Positions 17,959 through 26,423 of a DNA stretch of 64,000 nucleotides are shown in pieces; the first letter of the stretch is position 1; each line of letters opens with the position of its first letter. The DNA is from an uncultured Candidatus Peribacteria bacterium (GTDB taxonomy: Bacteria > Patescibacteriota > Gracilibacteria > Peribacterales > Peribacteraceae): assembly GCA_964434575.1 (NCBI GenBank), contig CAYSWB010000003.1:57266-121265 (forward strand), read 5' to 3'. The translations under genes and the position numbers were made by a program. The notes beneath the pieces are model-generated. The model saw only the letters and a list, made by a program, of their open reading frames with translations. It did not search any database and had not been told where the DNA came from.

Positions 17959-18525
17959 TTACTCCCGGTGGCGAATCGACAGTACCAGGTCCAGCAGCAG
18001 CGGGAATTCCGCAAACCCCGCTCGCGTGTCCAGCCGCCGGCCGCCGCGAACCAGCTTGATTTTCACGCCAAGATGACTGGCCAACTTCTGAGCGCCGGTG
18101 AGCCAGATCTGCGGGTCGTTGTCGGCGTGGAGGACATGGATTTCGCCGGCGTTGCGCTGGATATCCGGCCACCGGAATGCCGGTTGCGTAAGCGGGTCCG
18201 TCAGCGGATCGAGGTGTTTGTTCTTGATGCGTTCCCATACCGACGCCACCAGAATGGTCGCCGCGACCGGAGCCGTGCGTCGCTCAATCAGACGCAATGC
18301 CAGCGCGCTGCCAAGGTCGTAGCCGATGACGATGGAATCTTCGGCCAGCCGTGAAACATGCTGATCCGCCGCCGCCAGCCATGCGCCCGCGTCGGGAGCG
18401 CCGGGATTGGGCAGCTGCGGCGCGACCACGGTGTATTTCTTGGCCAACAAATTGGCCTTGAGCCACGGGAACCAGTGGTCCCGCGGGCTTCCCGACAGGC
18501 CGTGCAACAACAAAACGGTGGGCAT
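17959..18525 (-). CDS. alpha/beta-fold protein, YdeN/Ser_hydrolase-like, with substituted catalytic positions
   Basis: 188 aa. VLLLHGLSGSPRDHWFPW matches the family N-terminus. The nucleophile elbow reads GYDLG (Asp codon 18316-18318) instead of G-H-S-L-G. The expected C-terminal G-H reads GGRR. Confidence 0.65.
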   Translation of the reverse strand: MPTVLLLHGLSGSPRDHWFPWLKANLLAKKYTVVAPQLPNPGAPDAGAWLAAADQHVSRLAEDSIVIGYDLGSALALRLIERRTAPVAATILVASVWERIKNKHLDPLTDPLTQPAFRWPDIQRNAGEIHVLHADNDPQIWLTGAQKLASHLGVKIKLVRGGRRLDTRAGFAEFPLLLDLVLSIRHRE

Positions 18526-18532
18526 TGAACGT

Positions 18533-18608
18533 TGGTGGGTCGGCTGGGGATCGAACCCAGGACCAATGCCTTAAAAGGGCACTGCTCTACCAGCTGAGCT
18601 ACCGACCC
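18533..18608 (-). tRNA. tRNA-Lys (anticodon UUU)
   Basis: 76-nt cloverleaf on the minus strand: GGGTCGG..GCTC-AGCTGGTA-GAGC..GTGCC-CTTTTAA-GGCAT..CTGGG-TTCGATC-CCCAG-CCGACCC-A-CCA. Confidence 0.9.
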
Positions 18609-18646
18609 ATAATCGGCACGCGCGATTATACTGAACATTCAGCGGT

Positions 18647-18955
18647 TTAGAAGCTCAAGTCCTGTCCGGCATCTTCTTGCCCGCCCCCTTCCGCATACGC
18701 GAACTGGCTGGGCCTGGGAAACGCACAGTGGGGTTTCAGCGCGGCAAACAACGCTTGGCGCGTGACGCTCGCCTTGCTGCCGACATGGACCACGATGTCG
18801 TCATGGTCATCCAATTCCAGGAACGTGGTCATCCCGTTGTATTCGAGAACGGTGCCGATGCCCTGCAAGCTCGTACCGAACTGTCCGGCCACGGCTTCGT
18901 AGACATCCACGTGATCGACGTCGGCGGGGATGTGCATCGAGAGCTTCTTGGACAT
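18647..18955 (-). CDS. hypothetical protein (102 aa)
   Basis: Only the 3' third of track ORF 18647-19330 has natural composition (MSKKLSMHIPADVDHVDVYEAV...). The upstream part is Arg-rich and overlaps the next gene. Confidence 0.5.
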   Translation of the reverse strand: MSKKLSMHIPADVDHVDVYEAVAGQFGTSLQGIGTVLEYNGMTTFLELDDHDDIVVHVGSKASVTRQALFAALKPHCAFPRPSQFAYAEGGGQEDAGQDLSF

Positions 18956-18972
18956 GCTGATGAGGAGAAGCC

Positions 18973-19455
18973 TCAGGAGTTGTTGGCCATCATGTCCTCG
19001 GTGTCGCCGACCAGCGCGAACAGGCGGCTGGTGTCGCCGAGCAGGTGCATTTTGGTGCCCAGGCGCTGGCGTGTCTGCGCGAGCGCGATGCTGACGGCGC
19101 GGCGCGGTTCGGTGCGCGGAACATTCGTTTCGAAGCGGCGCGCGGCTGCGTTCTCGGCCGACGCGGCTTCCATGTTCAGCGTGTCCATCCACGACTCGGA
19201 TGCGCCGCCCTGCGGCCTGTCCTTCGCCAGGGCGCTGTGTGCGCCGGGCATCATGATGCGGGCGCCGTTGGTTTTGCCGAGCTCCAGGATGTTCGCCGTC
19301 TTGCGAAGGTTTCCGGCGAAACGCATCCACCAGTACTGCACCTGCTCCAGGGTCGCATGCGGGTGCTGCTCATGCAGGGCGAGCACCTCGGGATGCAGTC
19401 CGGGTACGTCGACCTCCGTCGTTGCCGTTGCCGAAAATTCGTCGAGGTGCTTCAT
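18973..19455 (-). CDS. hypothetical protein (160 aa)
   Basis: Start placed at MKHLDEFSATATTE. It lies 17 nt upstream of the 102-aa ORF on the same strand. Confidence 0.5.
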   Translation of the reverse strand: MKHLDEFSATATTEVDVPGLHPEVLALHEQHPHATLEQVQYWWMRFAGNLRKTANILELGKTNGARIMMPGAHSALAKDRPQGGASESWMDTLNMEAASAENAAARRFETNVPRTEPRRAVSIALAQTRQRLGTKMHLLGDTSRLFALVGDTEDMMANNS

Positions 19456-19618
19456 GGGGCTGATTTTTCGTGGCCACAGTATCCGGATTTCAGGCCTTGA
19501 CGTAATCCTCTGAGTCGGTCGAAGTAGGCTTTGAACTGTTTCTTTGCAAAGAAAAGCCAAAAAAGTCACCCGTGCGATGTCGGTCGGCGGGGCGTATTGT
19601 GGCCATGTCCGTCCGACT

Positions 19619-20419
19619 ATGCAGAGAAAAGCCACCGCCCTCATCACCGGCGCATCCAGGGGTATCGGCGAAGAATTTTGCGGCTTGTTCGCGGCGGACG
19701 GCTATGACTTGGTGCTGGTGAGCCGGGATGAAGAACGCCTGAAGCACATCAAGGCCGAACTCGAAAAAAAACACCCCGCCATGCGCGTGCACATCCTGCT
19801 GCAGGACCTATCCGCGCCCGGCGCCGCCGACCAGGTTGCCGGCTGGCTGACGACGGAGAAGATCGAGCTGCAGGCGCTGGTGAACAACGCCGGCTTCGGC
19901 GACCTGGGACCGTTTTCGGACATGGACCCGAAGCGCATCCGGCAGATGACGCAACTGAACGTACAGGCGCTCACCGAACTCACGCGCGCCGTGTTGCCGG
20001 GCATGCTCGCGCGAAAAGAGGGGCGCGTCCTGAACGTGGCTTCTGTGGCCGCGTTCCAGCCCGGTCCGCTGATGGCCGTGTACTACGCGACAAAGGCGTA
20101 CGTGCTGTCGCTCAGCGCCGCGCTGCGCGAAGAAACGCGCGGCACCGGCGTGACCGTCACGTGCCTGTGTCCGGGACCCACGCGAACCGACTTCGCCAAG
20201 AATGCCCACATGGAGAAATCGATGCTGTTCGGTGCGCGCCCGATGGGTCTGGCAACGGCGGCAGGCGTCGCGCTCGCCGGGTACCGCGGCATGCAAGCCG
20301 GCAAAACGGTGGTGATCCCGGGGTTCCGCTCTGCGCTCGGCGCGTACGCCGCACGGGTGGTGCCGATCAGGCTGTCTTCGCGCATCGCGATGCGCGTGCA
20401 TCGGAGCATGGGCGCGTAA
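19619..20419 (+). CDS. short-chain dehydrogenase/reductase (SDR)
   Basis: Start at MQRKATALITGASRGIGEEF (TGxxxGIG). NNAG and YYATKAY (YxxxK) are present. Confidence 0.9.
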   Translation: MQRKATALITGASRGIGEEFCGLFAADGYDLVLVSRDEERLKHIKAELEKKHPAMRVHILLQDLSAPGAADQVAGWLTTEKIELQALVNNAGFGDLGPFSDMDPKRIRQMTQLNVQALTELTRAVLPGMLARKEGRVLNVASVAAFQPGPLMAVYYATKAYVLSLSAALREETRGTGVTVTCLCPGPTRTDFAKNAHMEKSMLFGARPMGLATAAGVALAGYRGMQAGKTVVIPGFRSALGAYAARVVPIRLSSRIAMRVHRSMGA

Positions 20420-20468
20420 GAAAAACGGAGGACGCTCGTCACAACATGCGTCCCTTCCCCCATATCCC

Positions 20469-20549
20469 ATGCAGAAACTGCTTCTCGCGCTGATCATCGC
20501 CGCCGTCTTCGGCGGTGGATGGGGCCTGCTGTATTACATCCTCGGCTAG
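20469..20549 (+). CDS. possible 26-aa hydrophobic mini-protein
   Basis: ATG...TAG encodes MQKLLLALIIAAVFGGGWGLLYYILG, one TM-length segment, followed directly by a terminator. It is too short for the ORF track, and no SD or -10 element was seen. Confidence 0.25.
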   Translation: MQKLLLALIIAAVFGGGWGLLYYILG

Positions 20550-20562
20550 GCAGCGCGATACG

Positions 20563-20591
20563 GCCGCCTCCGAACACGGGGCGGCTTTTTT
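20563..20591. terminator. intrinsic terminator (plus-strand T-run overlaps the PLD stop codon)
   Basis: gccgcctc-cgaacac-ggggcggc is an 8-bp stem followed by tttttt. Confidence 0.65.
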
Positions 20592-22035
20592 ATGCCGCGA
20601 CGCGCGATTCCAGCCAAGCGCGGATCGGCTTCATCTTCAATTGATGCGGCGACACCACGCGCTTGCTGTCGCGCATGTCCTTCAGCAGCTGTTCGCGCAG
20701 ACGGGCGGTGAACGGCGACTGCGGAGAGCCCGATGAACCGTCCCCGTCATTCACGTACAGGTTCGCCTCGCCCAGCTTCACCGTGCCGGTGGTGTTCATG
20801 TTGGCCGAACCGAGGAACGTGCGTGCGCGGTCCACGTGCAACACCTTGGCGTGCGTCGCGCGGGACAAGTAAATGCGCACGCTGTGCGCCGGCGAGCGCT
20901 GCAGGATATCGCGCAAAATCTTGTAGTTCAGGTCGTTCTGCACGTCGGCGTATTCGGATGTGAGGATGGCGACCTGCACGCCGCGCTGCGCCGCCGCGAC
21001 GATGGCGTTGGTCAGGCGCTTGTCGCCGAAGTACGCCATCTGGATGATGATCTCCCGCTGCGCGCTGTCGAGCAGATGCTGCATGACCGCCCCCACCTCG
21101 CGCTTGCGTCCGCGGATCTTGCGCACGACGTTGAAGAAGAAATCCACCGACGCGCCGAGCGGGACATCGGACTGTTCGCGGCCTTCCAACCGGCTTAAGA
21201 ACCTGCCTACCAGGAGCTTGCTGCGCACCTCCGCCATGTAGTCGTGGAAGTCATGGCGCGACGTATCCGAGATGTTCACGCCGCCCAGGATGATGGTCTC
21301 ACCGTCGAAGATGTACACCTTGGAATGGTCGTAACGCGCGCGGCTTTCGATCTTGACGTTGGGGTGCGCCGCAAGACGGTCGGCGAGCGAGTTCGGTTGC
21401 TGCTTCACGCGTTTCGCGGGGGCCCCTTCCGGGTACGCCCAGCGCATGAGCGTGGCTCCGACCATGTCGCGGATGCGCACCAACCCCTTGTGGAACATGC
21501 TCTGCCCGGAGCCTGAGCCGCGCTCGAACATCACCGCGCACTGATCCTTGTGGATGATGATTTTCACTCCCCTTTCGGCTGCATCCAGCAACGCCGACGC
21601 GACCTCGTTGCCCGTCGGATCGTCGCTCCACATGAACATCCAGATGCGGATGGAAAACTGCGCCTCGCGGATCCGCGCAAGCACCGCCTTGATGGCGTCG
21701 CCGCCACCCACGTGCAGCTCGATCTCATCGATCAGGCGCTTCGGCTGACGGCCGCCCGATACGAACGGGTTTGGGGTGCATAGCGTGCGGTATTCGTTCC
21801 ACGTGCGGTTGTCGAACAACGACGGACACGCGCCGTCCATGCCGCGCACGGTGCTTGCGACCACCTCGGACAGGTGTTTCAAGCGCCTGCGCACGCTGCC
21901 CTGCGGCAAATCCGGCGAGCGGACCAGCTGGGCGATTTCGGCCAGCGACGAGTACGTCAGCGTGGCCGCCACCTGTTCCGGCGTGGGTGTTTTGCGCCGA
22001 TGAAGATGACGGGAAAGCCGTCCGGACATGGCCAT
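20590..22035 (-). CDS. phospholipase D / cardiolipin-synthase-like protein with two HKD motifs
   Basis: 481 aa. HSKVYIFDGETIILGGVNISD and HAKVLHVDRARTFLGSANMN. No TM helix, and about 120 aa of N-terminal extension. TATACT (22044-22049) lies 8 nt upstream of the ATG. Confidence 0.8.
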   Translation of the reverse strand: MAMSGRLSRHLHRRKTPTPEQVAATLTYSSLAEIAQLVRSPDLPQGSVRRRLKHLSEVVASTVRGMDGACPSLFDNRTWNEYRTLCTPNPFVSGGRQPKRLIDEIELHVGGGDAIKAVLARIREAQFSIRIWMFMWSDDPTGNEVASALLDAAERGVKIIIHKDQCAVMFERGSGSGQSMFHKGLVRIRDMVGATLMRWAYPEGAPAKRVKQQPNSLADRLAAHPNVKIESRARYDHSKVYIFDGETIILGGVNISDTSRHDFHDYMAEVRSKLLVGRFLSRLEGREQSDVPLGASVDFFFNVVRKIRGRKREVGAVMQHLLDSAQREIIIQMAYFGDKRLTNAIVAAAQRGVQVAILTSEYADVQNDLNYKILRDILQRSPAHSVRIYLSRATHAKVLHVDRARTFLGSANMNTTGTVKLGEANLYVNDGDGSSGSPQSPFTARLREQLLKDMRDSKRVVSPHQLKMKPIRAWLESRVAA

Positions 22036-22134
22036 ACCGACCGAGTATACAGATTACAGGGCCAATCGGCCGCATCCGGGCCGTATATAGCCAAAAACAC
22101 TAATTTATGGTATAATCAAAGAAAATAGACAACC

Positions 22135-23652
22135 ATGCCCCCGACCCCCGAACAACCGCCGGAAGGTCAAGACTTGCAGGTTTCGCCCGCCGCGGCGAGA
22201 CTGCGGTTGATGGCGCAAACACGCAGCCGGCTGGAGCGATTGCCTGAACGTCCGGGACCGGACGCCGAGCAAACCCGCAGGCGCCTTGCCGACGTGCGCC
22301 GGAACGTGGAGGTGGCGGACCCCGCCGCGGCGGTCCGGCAGATCAACCACCGCGACACCCAGATCCCGTGGGAGGAAGTGGAAGAAACCAGCGGACCGCA
22401 GATCAGCTTCAACACCGTTCAGAACGCGGCGCTGTTCAAGAAGCTTGGTTTGTACGTACGCCTGATGCGCGGCAGCAACAATTCGCACGGCGCGCACTTC
22501 CATGCCGAGCAGCTCGGGCGCTTGAGCGACTACCAGAAAGCCGACGTGATCGAGCAGTTGGAACGGCTGGACCAACGCAACATGACGTGGCGCACCAAGC
22601 TCGTGGCCTCGCTGCTGAAATCCCACGCCGAGTTCGAGCTATTCAAGAAAGGCTACGTGCGCAAGGAGGGCGCAGGACCGGCGACCGAATCCCACCAGGT
22701 GACGGCCGGCCAGACGCTGGAAACGATCATGGCGTCACGCAATGCCGGAGAACGCTGGCGCGAGATCAAAGACGGCAAGGTCGTCGGCCCGCTGGACACA
22801 GACGGTCCGTTGCCCGAAGGCAGCCACGTCTACTTCAACGCCGACGGCTACCCCGTCTTTCTGTCGATGCAGGCCGGCGAGCGCCCGGCGGTGCCGATCT
22901 TCGAGAAGAAGGACGACGTCGCAAACGTGCGCGCTCCCGCCGGATGGAAGTGGGGCGCCGAAGCGTACAAGCGTTACGAGTTCATGCAGCGCCGTCTGAA
23001 GTTGGGCGACGTGATGTTCAGCAACGCGCGACGCGACCTGCGCAGCGGCCCGATGCGCCTGTTCTACGCCCGCGGCCGCATGCTGCAAGGCCAGACCGAG
23101 ACGGACGAATCGTTCCCGTACATCCACGCCATGGTGATGGTCGGCCGCGACCCCAAGGGCCAGCCGATCATGGCCCACTTGGACGGCAAGAAAAAATCCA
23201 TCCGCCCGTTGTACGAGCTGGTGAACGCCGATTCGCTCGACTCGTTCTCGGTCGGTCGCGCGCGCGACCAGGCCACCGTCCAGAACTTCGTGAAGCGCGC
23301 GACCGAGATCGCATCGTCCACGCCGTACGCATCCACCAAGGAAGTGCTGGAGTACGACCGGCTGCTGGCAAAACGCCGCTCTGGCGCGACGCTCACACAG
23401 CAGGATGAAAAGCGCCTGAACGAAATCTGCGTATGCACCAACGCCGTCACCCGTGCCGGCCGAGATGCCGGCGTGGACGAACTGAAGACGGCGCTCACCG
23501 CGCTCGACATGTTCAACAACTTCGAAATCACCGACTCCGTGAACATCCAGACGCTCGGCCGGCGCGGCGGACGCCGCAAGCGCGTGCGCCTGCAGCAGCC
23601 GGCGGCGAGACGCGAAGCGGAAGCGCGACCCGAGACGCAGCAGGCGGCATAA
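22135..23652 (+). CDS. hypothetical 505-aa protein; C-terminal half has permuted papain-like (YiiX/C92-like) motif order
   Basis: LGDVMFSN ... YIHAMVMVG ... MAHLDG ... SVGRARD ... ICVCTNAV places His before Cys, as in permuted NlpC/P60-type amidases. It has a basic tail. TGgTATAAT lies at 22108-22116. Confidence 0.6.
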   Translation: MPPTPEQPPEGQDLQVSPAAARLRLMAQTRSRLERLPERPGPDAEQTRRRLADVRRNVEVADPAAAVRQINHRDTQIPWEEVEETSGPQISFNTVQNAALFKKLGLYVRLMRGSNNSHGAHFHAEQLGRLSDYQKADVIEQLERLDQRNMTWRTKLVASLLKSHAEFELFKKGYVRKEGAGPATESHQVTAGQTLETIMASRNAGERWREIKDGKVVGPLDTDGPLPEGSHVYFNADGYPVFLSMQAGERPAVPIFEKKDDVANVRAPAGWKWGAEAYKRYEFMQRRLKLGDVMFSNARRDLRSGPMRLFYARGRMLQGQTETDESFPYIHAMVMVGRDPKGQPIMAHLDGKKKSIRPLYELVNADSLDSFSVGRARDQATVQNFVKRATEIASSTPYASTKEVLEYDRLLAKRRSGATLTQQDEKRLNEICVCTNAVTRAGRDAGVDELKTALTALDMFNNFEITDSVNIQTLGRRGGRRKRVRLQQPAARREAEARPETQQAA

Positions 23653-23691
23653 GGCATCGCTGGCCGGGGCGGCGGCGGGTAGAATGCCGCC

Positions 23692-24804
23692 ATGAAGATC
23701 GCCCTCGTCCACGAACTCCTGACCATGCGCGGCGGCGCCGAGCGGGTCTTGAAAATCGCGGCCGACCTGTTCCCCGAAGCGCCGATCCACACGTTCCTTT
23801 ACGACGAGAAAAAGCTCGGTGACTGGTTCCCGGCATCGCGCGTGATCCCGAGCATTCTGCAGCCATGGACGGCGCTTTCCACGAACCATCACTTCTACCT
23901 GAAGCATTTCCCCCGCGCCGCCGAAGCGTGGGATTTCTCGGGCTACGACGTGGTGCTGTCGTTCTCGTCTGCGTTCGCGCACGGCATCCTGACCAACGGC
24001 AAACCCAAGCACGTCTGCTACGTCCACTCCCCCGCCCGCTACCTGTGGGATCGCACCCACGACGTGATGGACGACGCGGGTCGCGGGCCGCTCGGGCCGC
24101 TCAAGCGCTGGCATCTGTCACGCACGTTCCATGGCTTGCGCATTTGGGACACCGAAGCCGCCGACAGGCCCGACATGCTCCTGGCGGCGTCGAAGGAAGT
24201 GCAGCGCCGTATCCGGCTGTACTGGCGCCGAGAATCGGACGTGCTCTACCCGCCCATCGGCGACGAATGGCTGATGCCGCGCACGGTGTCCGCGGGGGCC
24301 ATGCAGCACCCCGAGTATTTCCTGGTCGTCTCGACGCTCGCGCGCTACAAACGCATCGAGCTGGCCATCGAGGCCGCCAAGCTCAGCCGCAAGCGCCTGA
24401 AGATCGTGGGCGAAGGACCCGACATGGCACGATTGAAAGCGCTGGCCGGACCGACGGTGGAATTCTACGGCTGGCGGAGCAACGACGAACTGCGCGATCT
24501 CTATGCACGCGCCGAGGCGGTGATTTTCCCGGGACACGAGGACTTCGGACTGGTGCCGCTGGAAGCCATGGCGTCCGGCACCCCGGTGATCGCGTTCGGC
24601 GAAGGCGGCGCGAGGGAGACCGTGATCGACGGCAAAACAGGTGCCTTCTTTTCGGAGCCGACGGCGGAGTCCTTGGCGAAAGCGATGGTGTCGTTCAAGC
24701 GCTCGGCGTTCGATGCCGCCGCATGCGAAACCCAAGCGAAACACTTCGGCCGCGCGGCGTTCGAGCAGGGACTGAAAGCCGCGGTCGACAAGGTCCTACG
24801 CTAG
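23692..24804 (+). CDS. glycosyltransferase family 4 (GT-B)
   Basis: 370 aa. FPGHEDFGLVPLEAMASGTPVIA (E-x7-E region). TAGAAT at 23680-23685 lies 6 nt before the ATG. Confidence 0.9.
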   Translation: MKIALVHELLTMRGGAERVLKIAADLFPEAPIHTFLYDEKKLGDWFPASRVIPSILQPWTALSTNHHFYLKHFPRAAEAWDFSGYDVVLSFSSAFAHGILTNGKPKHVCYVHSPARYLWDRTHDVMDDAGRGPLGPLKRWHLSRTFHGLRIWDTEAADRPDMLLAASKEVQRRIRLYWRRESDVLYPPIGDEWLMPRTVSAGAMQHPEYFLVVSTLARYKRIELAIEAAKLSRKRLKIVGEGPDMARLKALAGPTVEFYGWRSNDELRDLYARAEAVIFPGHEDFGLVPLEAMASGTPVIAFGEGGARETVIDGKTGAFFSEPTAESLAKAMVSFKRSAFDAAACETQAKHFGRAAFEQGLKAAVDKVLR

Positions 24805-25239
24805 GGCAACCAACGTCCCGCCCAGGATCACGAGGATCGCGCCGACCAGCAGCTTCAGCGCGTTCACCTTCTCCCATTCGGCGAAGATCCACAGCGCGAT
24901 GACCACGGCCACCAGCGTGTTCATGTTGTACAGCGGCACCAGCTTGGACAGCGGCGCTCCAAAGCGCACCAATCCGATGCCGACCAGCCCGACGCCCAAC
25001 CCCCACGTGATGCCCATGGCCAACGTGTACCAGCCGGCCTTGGCGGAGAGCGCGCGGCTGGGATCGACGAACAAAAAGAGTACGCCGGTCAGCGCCACGC
25101 CGGCGGCGATGATGAGCAGGTAGATGCCCAGCCCGATTCCGGCCTGCGTGCCGGCTTTCGCCAGCACGCCGTTCACGCCAAAAAGGATCGCGGGAACCAG
25201 TCCGCCGATGACGAGTCCGATCAGCGCCGGATTGTTCAT
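24796..25239 (-). CDS. small DMT/EamA-like membrane transporter
   Basis: 147 aa with 4-5 hydrophobic spans. It lies directly downstream of ruvB on the same strand. Confidence 0.6.
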   Translation of the reverse strand: MNNPALIGLVIGGLVPAILFGVNGVLAKAGTQAGIGLGIYLLIIAAGVALTGVLFLFVDPSRALSAKAGWYTLAMGITWGLGVGLVGIGLVRFGAPLSKLVPLYNMNTLVAVVIALWIFAEWEKVNALKLLVGAILVILGGTLVALA

Positions 25240-25240
25240 G

Positions 25241-26290
25241 TTAAAAGAGGGCGGAATTCGTCTCGGGCATGGCGATGCCGAGCAGATCGTAGGCGTGCTT
25301 GGTCGCCATGCGCCCCTTGGGCGTGCGCTGCAGGTATCCGCACTGCATCAGGTACGGCTCGTACACGTCTTCCAGCGTCTCCTCTTCCTCGGCCGTTGCG
25401 GCCGCCAGCGTGGAGAGGCCGACCGGTCCGCCGCCGAAACGCTCGATGAGCGCGGTGAGGATGACGCGGTCGTTGTTATCCAGGCCTTTCTCGTCGATGC
25501 CGAGCGCCTTGAGCGTGTGCTCAACGCGGCCGATGGCGATGCTTGTTTCGTCGTTCACCTGGGCGAAGTCGCGCACCGAGCGCACCAGGCGGTTGGCGAT
25601 GCGCGGCGTGGCACGGCTGGCCACCGCGATGCGGTTGGCGGCATCGGGAGCCATGGAGACGTCCAGCATCCGGGCGGCGCGCTCGACGATAAGCTGCATT
25701 TCCGGAATCTGGTAGAACTTGAGTTTGAAGTTGTGGATGAAACGATCCCGCAGCGGCATGCTCACCGCGCCGACCTTGGTGGTGGCGCCGACCAGCGTGA
25801 ACGGCTGGATGTCGATGCGCATGGACCTGGCCGACGGACCCTTGCCGATCATCAGGTCCAACACGTAGTCCTCCATCGCGCTGTACAGCACCTCTTCGAT
25901 GGCCGGACGCATGCGGTGAATTTCGTCGATGAACAACACGTCGCCGGCCTGGAGGTTGGTCAGCAGCGATGCCAGGTCGCCCGGCTTCTCGATGGCGGGG
26001 CCGGACGTCACGCGCATCTGCGCGCCCATTTCGCGCGCCATGATGTGCGCGAGCGTGGTTTTGCCGAGTCCCGGAGGGCCGTGCAAAATCACGTGTCCGA
26101 GCGGCTCCTTGCGCTTGCGCGCCGCCTCGATGTGCACGAGCAAATGACTTTTGATCTCGGACTGGCCGACGTACTCCTCCAGTGTGCGCGGACGCAGCGA
26201 CGAGTCGATCTGCAATTCGGCGTCCACGGGCAATTCGGTCGGTTCGGATACGCTGGGCCGGCGTTTGCGCGCTTGGCGCTGGATGGCCAT
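25241..26290 (-). CDS. ruvB: Holliday junction branch migration helicase RuvB
   Basis: 349 aa. RPRTLEEYVGQ, LHGPPGLGKTTLA, DEIHR and TRxxxLxxPLRDRF-type blocks. TATACT (26298-26303) lies 7 nt upstream of the ATG. Confidence 0.95.
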   Translation of the reverse strand: MAIQRQARKRRPSVSEPTELPVDAELQIDSSLRPRTLEEYVGQSEIKSHLLVHIEAARKRKEPLGHVILHGPPGLGKTTLAHIMAREMGAQMRVTSGPAIEKPGDLASLLTNLQAGDVLFIDEIHRMRPAIEEVLYSAMEDYVLDLMIGKGPSARSMRIDIQPFTLVGATTKVGAVSMPLRDRFIHNFKLKFYQIPEMQLIVERAARMLDVSMAPDAANRIAVASRATPRIANRLVRSVRDFAQVNDETSIAIGRVEHTLKALGIDEKGLDNNDRVILTALIERFGGGPVGLSTLAAATAEEEETLEDVYEPYLMQCGYLQRTPKGRMATKHAYDLLGIAMPETNSALF

Positions 26291-26423
26291 GGCCGGCAGT
26301 ATACCAAGGAGGACGTTCGTCCACCATTCTTTCCCAAAACTTGCCGGGAAAGCATTTTGAATGCCTCTGGCAGTTGCTTTCGGTTAGCCCAAAACCGACG
26401 TTTCTGCTATAATAAGGTACGAC

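Noticed and set aside
18956-19330. Upstream 125 codons of track ORF 18647-19330
   Set aside because: The translation is Arg/His/Pro-rich junk that overlaps the 18973-19455 gene. Only the distal 102 codons from MSKKL look protein-like.
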